From positions 77,921 to 141,920 of the forward strand of contig CAVUAG010000012.1 of NCBI GenBank assembly GCA_963739365.1: a stretch of DNA of 64,000 bases. Direction: 5' to 3'. Position 1 is the first letter of the stretch. Every line of letters begins with the position of its first letter. The notes below the pieces were generated by a model that saw only the letters and a list, made by a program, of their open reading frames with translations, was not told the DNA's origin and made no database searches. Source of the DNA: an uncultured Chloroflexia bacterium. Its GTDB lineage: Bacteria > Chloroflexota > Limnocylindria > Limnocylindrales > CSP1-4. Position numbers and translations under genes: made by a program. This document shows, piece after piece, positions 25,732-36,011 of this stretch.

Positions 25732-26052
25732 GTGGTTACGGACATCGATCGGGTTAAGGGCCAGCGCGCCAGGCTGACCAGCCAGGGTCAGATCACGGTG
25801 CCCAAGGCCGTGCGCGAGGTTCTCGGGGCGCGACCGGGCGACGAGATCGAGTTTCTGGCTCGTGGCGCCGAGGTCGTCGTGGAAGTCAGGCACCGGCGGA
25901 GCGTTCTCGACTATGCCGGCATGGCGGCGAAGGCCGCGTCCCGCGTCCCGGGCACCGCGACGGAGCTCGACGAGCTGGTCGAGCAGGGGATGGCCGAAGC
26001 AGCGACCGCCCGCGCGACGCGATCCCGCCGCCGATCACACCGCTCGCGGTGA
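25732..26052 (+). CDS. vapB: AbrB/SpoVT-fold antitoxin (VapB-like)
   Basis: ORF 25732..26052. LTSQGQITVPKAVREVLGARPGDEIEF is the SpoVT-AbrB swapped-hairpin motif. It overlaps the downstream PIN gene by 4 nt. Confidence 0.8.
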   Translation: MVTDIDRVKGQRARLTSQGQITVPKAVREVLGARPGDEIEFLARGAEVVVEVRHRRSVLDYAGMAAKAASRVPGTATELDELVEQGMAEAATARATRSRRRSHRSR

Positions 26053-26495
26053 GCGTGCCCGGAAGGCGTGGTCCGCTGAAGCGACCTGACCTTGCCTACG
26101 GCGACACCAACCTCTTCGTCGCGCTCCTGGTTGGGTCGAGTCATCCGCTGCATGACCAGGCGCTTGGCGTCTTTCGAAGGGTGGCCGACGGACAGCTCGG
26201 GCTCATCGTCACGCCGATCGTGGTGGCGGAGCTCGTGTACGTCGCCCGCTCGCTGCTCGGCTGGACGCGCCAGGTCGCCGCGCAGCGGCTGGGCCCCCTG
26301 CTCGAGGCTGATGGGCTCGTCGTCACCGAAGGTCCGGTTCTCGCCCGTGCGCTCCGACTCTACGGGGAACACTCCAGGCTCGACTTTGCGGACGCTTACC
26401 TGGCGGCCCTCGCGCTCGAGGTCGGCCCGCCGGCTGTTGCATCGTTCGACGCGGATCTCGACATCGTTGAAGGCGTCCACCGCATCTCGGCCTGA
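26049..26495 (+). CDS. vapC: PIN-domain ribonuclease toxin (VapC-like)
   Basis: ORF 26049..26495. The acidic residues sit in PIN-typical positions: YGDTNLFVALL, VVAELVY, DFADAYLAALA and SFDADLD. Confidence 0.85.
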   Translation: MSVPGRRGPLKRPDLAYGDTNLFVALLVGSSHPLHDQALGVFRRVADGQLGLIVTPIVVAELVYVARSLLGWTRQVAAQRLGPLLEADGLVVTEGPVLARALRLYGEHSRLDFADAYLAALALEVGPPAVASFDADLDIVEGVHRISA

Positions 26496-26560
26496 CCGCG
26501 CCCGCACGTTCTCTCCGACACCTCGGTGGCCAGAACACATGCGCACCGGCACCACCCCAC

Positions 26561-28263
26561 TCACGCGTCCAGCTCCGCGGCGTCGAACGCTTCGAGCAGG
26601 AACGGCGACGGAGCGGCCGGGTCGTACACGAGCGTGAGGCTGCGGCGGGCGCGGGTCCAGGCGACGTAGGCGAGGCGGCGCTCCTCCTCGAGTGCCCGCG
26701 CCGGATCCGCGGCGTCCGCGAGCGAACGCGCGCTCGGGAAGCGGCCTTCGGTCATCCCGAGGACCGCGACGTGGTCCCACTCGAGGCCTTTCGTGGCGTG
26801 AGCCGTGGCGAGCGTCAGGGACGCATCGGGGCGACGAAGAGCGGCGAGGCGGGCGCGGGCGTCGGCGATCGCGCCGATGAGGTCATCGGCGGGGGCGATG
26901 CGGACGGCCCACGCGGTCACCGCGGCGGCAACCTCGGCATCGGTCCATGTGGGTTCCGGGTCGGGGTCGTCAGGGGTAGGGGCGTCGGGTGGTGGCACCC
27001 CGCCCGTGCGCGCCGCCGCGACCACCCGCACGGCGGTCGGCAACGTGGATGGTGACGAAGCCGCCCCCGCGGCGAGACCGTCCACGCGCGGATCTTCCAG
27101 CGGCAGCGGCACCCCATCGGCTCGGAACGCGATCCCGCCGGCCAGGCAGGCGGCCACGGCGGGCAGCAGCTCGCGCCGGGTTCGCGCCAGCACGGCGCGG
27201 CTCGACCCGTCGGCCGGCCACGCGGCGAGCAGGCGCGGCAAGGGGTCCACGCCAACCGGCGCCGGCGCCAGGATGAGCCGGCCCATCGCGCCCGGGCCGG
27301 CGCGGATCCACTTCGCAAAGCGCTCCTCGTTGTGCTCGACCAGCCGGACCGCGCGCGCGAGGACGGGCGCGGGGCAGCGGTAGTTGACGGCGAGGTCGAC
27401 GCGCCGGAGCCCCGGCAGGTCGGCCGCCAGCCCCAGGACCCTTCGCACGTCGGCCAACCGCCAGCCGTAGATGCTCTGGTCGTCGTCGCCGACCAGGAAG
27501 ACCCGGTTCGCCGGGGCGGCCAGCAGGAGGGCGAGCCGAAGCTGGCTTCGATCGACGTCCTGGACCTCGTCGACCAGGAGGTGCGCGCAGCGTGCGCGCC
27601 AGCGGGCGAGGAGGGCAGGGTTGGCCTCGAGCGCCCGCAGCGCCCCCGCCACGAGGTCGTCGAAGTCGATTGCGCCGGCGTCGGCGAGCGCCCGCTCGTA
27701 GGCGACGAACGCGCGGGCGATGGGGCCGGGCGTCGGGATCGTCGGCTACGTCGTCGACGGTCACGCCGAGGTCGAGCTTGAGCCGTGAGAACGCGTCGTC
27801 GAGGCGCCGGCGGGCGGCGGCGTCGGCGTCGGGCAGGATCTGGCGCAGGACGCGGTCGCGCGGCGCGAGGTTCGGCGCGCGACCGGCGTCGCGAAGGATC
27901 TCGAGCCCCAGGGCGTGGAAGGTGCGCACGCGGACGGCGTCGGGAGCGACGCCAAGCGGCTCGAGTGCGGGTGCCACCCGCTCGCGCAGCTCTTCGGCGG
28001 CGCGGGCGTTGAACGTGATGGCCGCGATCGTCGACCGGGTCAGCCCCCGCGGCCACGAGCCACGCCACCCGCGCCACGAGGGTCGTCGTCTTGCCGCTCC
28101 CCGCGGGCGCGATGCACAGCACCGGGCCGGGCGGCGCGGTGGCCGCGGCCCGCTGGTCCGGAGCGAGCCGCGCCAGCCGTTCGGCGACGGCGGGGGGAGG
28201 GGAGGGGCAGGGGGCGGGTCGCTGGTCACGCACGGAGTGTCGTGACCGCGGCTTCACCACCAC
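26561..28263 (-). CDS. UvrD/Rep/PcrA-family (SF1) helicase, short form (two frame breaks; start uncertain)
   Basis: Walker A CIAPAGSGKTTTLVARV is in the frame of ORF 26917..28263. ITFNARAAEELRERV and VRTFHALG are in 26970..28229. In 26561..27652 I see motif II LLVDEVQDVD, FLVGDDDQSIYGWR, NYRC, TAHATKGLEWDHV and RRLAYVAWTRAR. Breaks lie near 28035 and 27725. It is convergent with vapC. Confidence 0.8.
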
Positions 28264-28463
28264 TCATCGCCTTGGTGCGCCCGCGCACCGCAGATTGCGT
28301 CAGATCGCGTTTCGAGGCCGGGGTCGCGAACGTTCGGGACGTTTGGCCGTGGTGCGCGGACACCGGCGGTGGCTACGTTCGGGGCACTTCCGCGTGCGGT
28401 CCGCTTGAGAGGGAGTGGGCCGGTTGCGTCCCCGCGCGTTCCCTCACGTCGGAGGTGCCCCCG

Positions 28464-31400
28464 GTGAGACGTTCCCGTCCAGTCCTTCTGACGGTCGTCG
28501 CTGCCCTGCTGATCACGGCCTTCGCCGTCCCCGTTCAGCCCCGCGGGCACGCCAGGGCGGCCGAGACCAGAGGACCTGGTCGTCCTTGGCACCAGCGATA
28601 TCCACGGCAACGTCCACAACTACGACTACTTCACCGACAGCGTCCCGACTGGCTCGTCGCAGCGCGGCCTGACGAAGATCCTGACCTACGCGAACGGGGT
28701 CTCGCCAGCAACCCGAACACGATCCTGATCGACAACGGCGACACGATCCAGGGCACACCCGCTGGCGTACTACTTCGACGTCATCGACACGAGCGTCGAG
28801 AACCCGCTGGCGACGGCCATGAACGAGATGGGCTACGTCGCCGCGACCGGTGGGCAACCACGAGTTCAACTACGGCCCGGCGGTCTTCAACAAGTTCCAG
28901 GCGAGGCCGACTTCCCGCTGCTCTCCGCCAACGTCACGGGCTGCCGGGACTACACCTTCGAGCCGTACATGATCAAGGACGTGGACGGCGTGCAGGTCGG
29001 CATCCTCGGCCTGACCCCGCCGGCCGTCGTGCACTGGGAGCGGCCCGAGAACATCGTCGGCTGCGTGTTCGGCGACGCGATGACCGCTGCCAACCACTAC
29101 GTGCCGGAGATGCGCGCCGCCGGCGCGGACGTCATCGTCGTCGCTGCCCACAGCGGCCTCGACGAGACCTACGGCTACGGCCGCGACGAGAATTTCGTCA
29201 AGTACCTGGCCAACGAGGTGCCGGGCATCGACGTGATCCTGGCCGGCCACGCCCACGCGAACGTCGCCAGCCAGCTGATCAACGGCGTCCTCGTCACCGA
29301 GCCCAACTACCACGGCCGCAACGTCTCCGACATCCGGATCACGGTCACCGGCTCGGGCACCGATTGGACGGTGACCACGAAGTCGTCCACGACCCCGGCG
29401 ATGGGCCGACGGCCGAGGATCCCGGGCTGCTCGCCCTCATGCAGCCGTACCACGACGCCACCGTCGCCTACATCAACACGCCGATCGGCACTGCGACGGA
29501 GGCCTTCCCCGGCGGGTTCCCGGCCCGGATCGCCGACGGCCCGATGGCCGACCTGATCAACCAGGTCCAGACCGAGGCAGCTGCCGAGGCCGGCTTCCCG
29601 GTGGAGGCGTCGCTGGCCGCCCTGTTCACCAACGACGCCAAGCTGAACGCCGGGCCCGATCAAGCTCAAGGACGCCTACGCGGTCTACATCTACGACAAC
29701 ACGCTCTACGTCATCGAGGCCACCGGCCAGCAGATCAAGGACGAGCTGGAGTGGACCGCCGAACTACTTCAACCAGTACTACTACGAGCCGGCCGGCGTC
29801 ACGGTCAACACCGCTGTCCGCGACTACAACTACGACCTGTGGTCGGGCATCGACTACGAGCTCGACGTCACCAAGCCGGTCGGGCAGCGCGTCGTCGAGC
29901 TCAAGCTCAACGGCGAGCCGCTGGCGATGGACCAGGTCGTCCGGGTCGCGCTCAACAACTACCGCGCCACCGGCAAGTTCCCGACTGCGCCCAAGCTCTA
30001 CCAGTCGACCATCGAGGTCCGCGAGCTCATCACGAACTGGATCATGGAGCGCGGCACGATCTGCCCCGAGTGACGTCTACGTCCACAACTTCGACCTGCT
30101 GCCGCCGGTGAACACGTGGCTGAGCACGACCGCGACCCAGCCCGTCACCACGTCCGACAACGCCGACCTCCTCTGGACGGCCTTTGGACGGACGCCGGTG
30201 CCTATGTCGTGCCGGTCGGCGACAACAAGAAGCAGGCGAACCTCAACCGCGAGAACGAGTTCTACCTCCTGAGCAACGTGGCGCTGGCCGACCTCCACGA
30301 CGTCACGACCGACTGGAAGCTCATCAAGCCGTACAGCGACGCGGACCTCGTTTCCGGCTGGGCCAAGTACGCGGTCGCCTACGCGATCCAGTCCGGCATC
30401 TTCATGCCGACGGCGAACCAGATCCTCCCGAAGCAGACGGTGACGAACGCCGAGGCGCTCGCCTGGGTGCGTGAGGCGCGCTACCCGCTCTACACCTTCC
30501 TGTCCACGAATGACTTCCACGGCCAGCTCGAGACCGGGAAGCTGGTCAGCTCGACAAGCTCGTCGGCGGCGCCGCCTACAACATGACCTACGTCGACAAT
30601 TACCGCGCCCTGAACCCGCTCGGCACGTCGCTGTTCGATGCGGGCGACATCATGCAGGGCACACCGATCTCGAACCTGCTCAGGGGCGAGTCGGTGATCG
30701 ACGTCTACAACCACATGGGCTACCAGGCCGCGACCGTGGGCAACCACGAGTTCGACTGGGGCCAGACGACGCTTCAGGAGCGCATCGCGCAGGCCGACTT
30801 CCCGTTCGTGCTCGCGAACGTCTTCAACGAGGGCACGGACACGCGTCCGGCGTGGCTGCAGCCGACGGCGATGTTCACGGTCAAGGGCCAGCAGGTCGGC
30901 GTCATCGGCGTCACCAGCGAGTACACGTCCTACGATCGTCATGGCCGGCGACCTCGATGGCCTCGAGATCCGTGCCATCCGGCCCCGATCGTGACCCAGC
31001 GCGGCAGCCGACCTCCGCGCCGCCGGCGCGGACATCGTCGTCGTCCTGGCGCACATGCCCGACGTGTACGGCGGCGCCGTGACCCAGGAGATGGCGACGC
31101 TCGGCGTCCCCGGCGTCGACCTGATCATCTCGGGTCACTCCCACAGCGGCTACACCGGCAAGGTCAACAACGTCCCGATCATCCAGCAGTACTCGTCGGG
31201 GACCGCCATCGGCGTCTCCGACCTGCGCTACGACCGGCTCCACCGGAACGTCGCGACCTCAAAGCTGCAGGTCGTGACGACCTACAACGCGGGCGTCACG
31301 CCGATCCCGGAGATCGCGTCGCTCGTCGCCGACTACCAGGCCGAGATCGCCCCGATCGTCAACGCGGTCAAGGCGTCCACGCTCGGGATCATCTCGCGCG

Positions 31401-31994
31401 GCGGCAACGACCGGTACGTCAAGGAGGTCCCGATGGGGGACCTCATCGCCGACGCCCAGGCGTGGCGGGGCGGCACGCAGATCGCCTTCATGAACCCGGG
31501 CGGCATCCGCGCCGACATCGCCTACTCGTCGTATCCACACGACATCACGTGGGGCGACTTCTTCATCGTCCAGCCGTTCGACAACAAGCTCGTCACGATG
31601 AAGCTGACGGGCACCCAGATCTATGCGGTGCTCGAACAGCAGTTCAGTCCACCGCAGAGCTCCATGAAGCTCCTCCAGCAATCGGGCCTGACGTACACGC
31701 TTCGACCTCTCGAAGCCGGTCGGCTCGCGGATCACGTCGCTGACGCTCACCGACGGGACGCCGATCCTGCCGGATGCCACGACCTACACGGTCGACCATG
31801 CAACGAGTTCATCGCGACCGGCGGTGACGGGTTCAGGGTCTTCCTGGGCGGCACCGACGTGACGCGGATCGGGGTCAGCGACCTCGATGCGCTGATCGAG
31901 TACGTCCAGTGCGAAGTACGGCGTCCCGCCCTCGAACACCCCGATCAATCCGGCGATCTACCCGGATGGGCGGATCACGAACGCGACGCCGTAG
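28464..31994 (+). CDS. secreted two-module nucleotide phosphoesterase (YfkN-like fusion: CpdB-like module, SLH-like linker, UshA-like 5'-nucleotidase module); at least 14 frame breaks
   Basis: GTG 28464 is preceded by GGAGG, and the N-terminus looks like a signal peptide (VRRSRPVLLTVVAALLITAFAVPV). Module 1 motifs: LGTSDIHGN, DNGDTIQGTP, GNHEFNYG, AAHSGLDE and LAGHAHA, plus a C-terminal substrate-binding domain (ORF 28819..29556 and the frame of 27915..30272). The linker is in ORF 30116..30586. Module 2 motifs: STNDFHGQ, AGDIMQGTP and GNHEFDWG (30583..31743), then VLAHMPD, ISGHSHSG and FMNPGGIRADI (31055..32791). My joined frame ends ...DGRITNATP at TAG 31992-31994. No signal peptide or start context is visible at the module 1/2 junction, which is why I call it one gene. 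Confidence 0.7.
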
Positions 31995-32035
31995 CGTCGG
32001 AGGCGCCCGGCGCTCTCGCATCGCCGCACGCAAAT

Positions 32036-32068
32036 ACCGAGCCCGCCGGCTCTGCCGGCGGGCTCGGT
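32036..32068 (+). terminator. perfect 15-bp hairpin after the nucleotidase fusion gene
   Basis: accgagcccgccggc (32036-32050) pairs with gccggcgggctcggt (32054-32068) around the loop tct. It starts 42 nt after the TAG. Confidence 0.6.
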
Positions 32069-32364
32069 GCTGTCGGCACGTTCAGCTGGGCATCCACCGC
32101 CGCTTGCGCACGTCGATCCTTCGGCCCGGGCGGCTCGCCCGTCCGCGGAACGTGTCTCGTCTGCATGGTGCCCCGATGCACCGCGATTCGTCGTGCGACC
32201 TCCGGTCTCGAAGGACTCGCGCGTGCCGCTTCGACGCGTGATCGCATACCATCCGCGGATCGAGTCGATGATCGGACTGGAAACGCCGATCGTCGGGTCC
32301 GGCGGTCGCGAGGAGGGCTCGACGGCCGCGGGCGTCCCAGGGGCCGCGCCGCTCGAGCGGCCCG

Positions 32365-34099
32365 ATGGAGGGTGGTTCATTGCCGTTCACGTCCCCTTCG
32401 CGTCGCCGCGCCCGCCGCGCGGTCATCCCCGCGGCGGTCGCGCTGCTCCTGGTCGCCTCGACCGCGGCCCTCGCCGCGCAGCCGCCGGCGACGTGCCGAG
32501 CGGCACGGTCGACGTCCAGATCCTCTCGATCAACGACTTCCACGGCAACCTGGAGCCGCCCGCCGGCTCCTCCGGGCGGATCGGCACGATCAACGCCGGC
32601 GGCGTCGAGTACCTCGCGACGCACGTTCGGGCGCTCGAGGCGACGAACCCGAACACCGTCGTCGTCTCCGCCGGCGACCTGATCGGCGCGAGCCCGCTCC
32701 TGTCGGCGCTCTTCCACGACGAGCCGACGATCGAGGCGATGAACCTGATCGGGCTCGACTTCAACGCGGTCGGCAACCACGAGTTCGATGAGGGCGCGGC
32801 CGAGCTGATCCGGATGCAGGAGGGCGGCTGCCATCCGGTCGACGGTTGCCTCGACGGCGACGACTTCGCCGGGGCCGACTTCCGGTTCCTCGCCGCCAAC
32901 GTCGTCCGCGAGGACAACGGGAAGACGCTCTTCCCGGCCTACAAGGTCCGCAGCTTCGCCGGCGCCAAGGTCGCCTTCATCGGCATCGTCGCTCGAGGGC
33001 ACGCCGACCATCGTCACGCCGTCTGGCGTCGCCGGCCTCGACCTTCCTCGACGAGGCGCGAGACGGTCAACGCGCTGATCCCGGAGCTGAAGGCGAAGGG
33101 CGTCGAGAGCGTCGTCGTCCTGATCCACGAGGGCGGCGCCCAGGCTGCCCCGGCGCCGTACAACGGCTGCGTCGGCATCTCGGGCGCGATCGTCGACATC
33201 GTCAACCGCTTCAACCCCGAGGTCGACGTCGTTCTCATCGGGCCACACGCACAACGCCTACAACTGCACGATCAACAACATGCTGGTGACGAGCGGCAGC
33301 TCGTTCGGGCGGATCGTGACGGACGTCAACCTGACGATCGATCGAGCGACACAGGAAGTCGTTTCGATGTCGGCGGAGAACAAGATCGTGACCCGCGACG
33401 TCGCGAAGGCCGCCGACGAGACGGCGCTCATCGCCAAGTACAACGCGATCGCCGCGCCGCTCGCGAACCGGATCATCGGCTCGATCACGGCGACGATCAC
33501 CCGCACCAACAACGCCGCCGGCGAGTCCGCCCTCGGTGACGTCATCGCCGATGCCCAGTTCGACGCGACGAACGATCCAGGCCTCGGTGACGCCGTCGTG
33601 GCGTTCATGAACCCCGGCGGGATCCGGGCCGATCTGACGTACGCATCCAGCGCGGCCGGGGAGGGTGACGGCAACGTTACTTATGGCGAGTCGTTCACTG
33701 TGCAGCCCTTCGGCAACAGTCTCGTGACGATGACCCTGACCGGAGCTCAGATCGAAAGGGTGCTCGAGGAGCAGTTCGCTGGACTGCACCCTGGCGACGG
33801 CCCGGATCCTTCAGGTCTCTAGCAGGCTTCACCTACACGTGGTCTACCTCAGGACCCGTGTGCGAGCAAGGTCGACCCGACCACGGTCAAGATCAACGGG
33901 GTGACCGTCGACCCGGCCGCCTCCTACCGCGTCACCGTCAACAGCTTCCTCGCTGACGGCGGCGACAGCTTCCCGACCCTCAAGCTGGGCACGGATCGTC
34001 TCGGCGGCGCCGTCGACACGGACGCCCTCGAGGCGTACTTCGTGGCCAACTCCCCGGTCGCCCCGGGGCCCGCAGAACCGGATCACCCAGGTGCCGTAG
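32365..34099 (+). CDS. secreted 5'-nucleotidase / metallophosphoesterase (third module; at least 5 frame breaks)
   Basis: The N-terminus MEGGSLPFTSPSRRRARRAVIPAAVALLLVASTAALA (ORF 32365..32682) is an Arg-rich signal, possibly Tat-type. The frame of 32067..33539 then gives SINDFHGNLEPP, AGDLIGASP, GNHEFDEG and LIHEGG. GHTHNAYNC and FMNPGGIRADL are in 33280..33822. VTVNSFLADGGDSF is in the 33901..34650 frame. My joined end is ...GPQNRITQVP at TAG 34097-34099. Confidence 0.72.
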
Positions 34100-34125
34100 C
34101 CGGCTGCTCTTCGAGCTGCCCATCG

Positions 34126-34155
34126 GCGAGGCCGGGCCGCGAGGCCCGGCCTCGC
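34126..34155 (+). terminator. perfect 13-bp hairpin with GCGA tetraloop after the third nucleotidase
   Basis: gcgaggccgggcc (34126-34138) pairs with ggcccggcctcgc (34143-34155). Its position supports the inferred stop at 34099. Confidence 0.55.
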
Positions 34156-34355
34156 TGCGTCGTACCCGGGCAGGTCCGGCGGCCGCTGCCGGGCCCACCG
34201 GGCAACGCCCTCGGTGACGCGTCGGCACCGATCGGTACCCATTGGGGGCGCAGGCTCGCACCGTTCGACCCGATGGGGCTATCGACGCCACGGGCTCGGG
34301 GACCGGGAGGATGGCCGGGCCATCGATCGCCGGGGAGCCAGAGAGGGACTCAGCC

Positions 34356-35582
34356 ATGCGTCATCGGATCCTGGAGCGTGCGGCCGCGGCTGGGGTCGCG
34401 CTGTCGCTCGTCGTTGCCGCCGCCGCCTTCGCCGACACCGTTCGCGGCGACTCCGACACGGTCACGGCCGGCATCCAGGGGAGCCGCGATCTCGGCTCGG
34501 TTGCGCCCGGCGCCGTCGTCGACGTCCCGATCGCCTTCGAGCTGCGTGTGCGCGAATCTCCAGCACGCTGGATACCGGCCAGAGCGTCGTGGTCGCGATC
34601 GGCGACTCGACGGTGCCGCGCCGGTGGCACCGTCGCCATGGCCCCGGTGACGCTCGGCCCGGTGCCGTCGACCTGGGCCGAAGGATGGCGAGGGCTGTGC
34701 CGGCACCGAGACGCCGATCGGCGGCCTCGGGACGGTGACGGTCACCGCTCCGCAGGCAGCCGGCTCGTACGAGTACACCCTGCTCTTCTCGCGCACGCCG
34801 TCGCCCGCGGGTTCGAACGACGCAGCCGCTGTTCAGCGGCTCGACGGCGGCGACCTTCACCCTCACCGTCGTCGTGCCCGTGAATACGCCGCCCGTCCTC
34901 GATTCTCCCAGGCGCCATGACCGTCGAGGCCGACGGGCCGGCCGGCTGGACGGCGGCCTTCACGGTCTCCGCCACCGACGCCGAGGACGACCCGGACCCG
35001 ACGCCCACGTGTTCGCCGGCCGTCGGGACGGTGCTGCCGCTCGGGACGACGACCGTCGCCTGCTCGGTTGCCGACTCAGCTGGCCTGGTCGCGACCGGTT
35101 CGTTCGGCGTCACGGTGAGCGCCCCGCAGTTGCCGCCCCCGCCGCCCGCGCCAGAACCGGTCGTCACGCTGACGGCGACCTTCGGACCCCCCGTGCAGGC
35201 GGACGGCCTCGACGGACGCGCGGGCCGGACGATCCCGCTGAAGGTGGACCTTCTGGCCGGTGACGACCCGGTCGGCGAAGGAAACCTCGTGCTCGCGGTC
35301 ACGCCGTGCGCGGGCGGCGACGTCGCGGCCGAGCTCGCGATGGAGTGGCGCGCCGGCAGTGAGCGATGGTTCGGCCTCCTCCCGACTCGTGGCCTCGACG
35401 CCGGCTGCTACGCCGTCCGCGCGATTCACGACGGTGTCGACGTCGGCGGCTTCGAGCTGCGCCTCTTCGACCGGCGGGCCGATGTCGCGAAGGAGAAGGC
35501 CTCCGCGGCGAAGGACAAGTCCGAGGGCGCCGCCGGCATTCGTGCCACCGGGAAGGACACAGGCCGGAGAGTAGGTGACTGA
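34356..35582 (+). CDS. secreted HYR-domain protein (at least 4 frame breaks)
   Basis: ATG 34356 lies in ORF 34242..34883, and the N-terminus looks like a signal peptide (MRHRILERAAAAGVALSLVVAAAAFA). The middle was pieced together from ORFs 34214..34738 and 34735..34920. ORF 34917..35582 contains TVEADGPAGWTAAFTVSATDAEDDPDPTPTCSPAVGTVLPLGTTTVACSVADSAGLVATGSFGVTV, which fits the HYR (hyalin repeat) pattern. A beta-rich domain and a Lys-rich tail follow. Confidence 0.6.
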
Positions 35583-35617
35583 GGATCTGCCCCGGCCGGC
35601 GCGGCCCGGGATGAGGC

Positions 35618-35882
35618 CTAGAGACCGACCTCGAAGGTGACCTCGGGCGACGGGCGCTCGCCCCGGACCCGGACGCGGCGCCCGAGCACGATCCCGAGCA
35701 CGTCGGCGAAGCGGCCCACGCTGCCGACCTTCGGCAGCGCACCTTCGATCACGTGGCGCTGGTCGTCGGTGAGCGGGTCCTGTGGTGACGACACGGAAAC
35801 GGAGATCGCGCCAGGCGAACTCCGCGACGCTGACGGCGTGCGTTGCGTTTGGCAGGCCCTGGCGCGGCTCGGTCACGCTCAT
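35618..35882 (-). CDS. possible small hypothetical protein (one frame break)
   Basis: On the minus strand, ATG 35882 (or GTG 35876) is preceded by AAGGAG. After about 32 codons the protein-like reading continues in another frame ([56 protein letters not shown]) and stops at TAG 35620-35618. No family recognised. Confidence 0.3.
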
Positions 35883-36011
35883 GCTCCTTGGCGCGCACGA
35901 TGCGCGAGGCACCTTGCGCCGGACATTGCCCATTGGCACGAAATGTTCGGGCGTCTCGTCCTGCTTCTCCTGGTCGCGGCGCCTCCGCGCGACCTGCCAC
36001 AGAATGGACGC

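Noticed and set aside
35937-35950. A LexA-like box upstream of uvrC (CACGAAATGTTCGG), and the CGAACGTTCG palindrome at 28327-28336 as an SOS box.
   Set aside because: Neither has the GAAC-N4-GTTC spacing. The uvrC sequence has only one good half-site, and the 28.3-kb palindrome has zero spacing. Neither shares the ATAGAAC motif seen at uvrA and uvrB.
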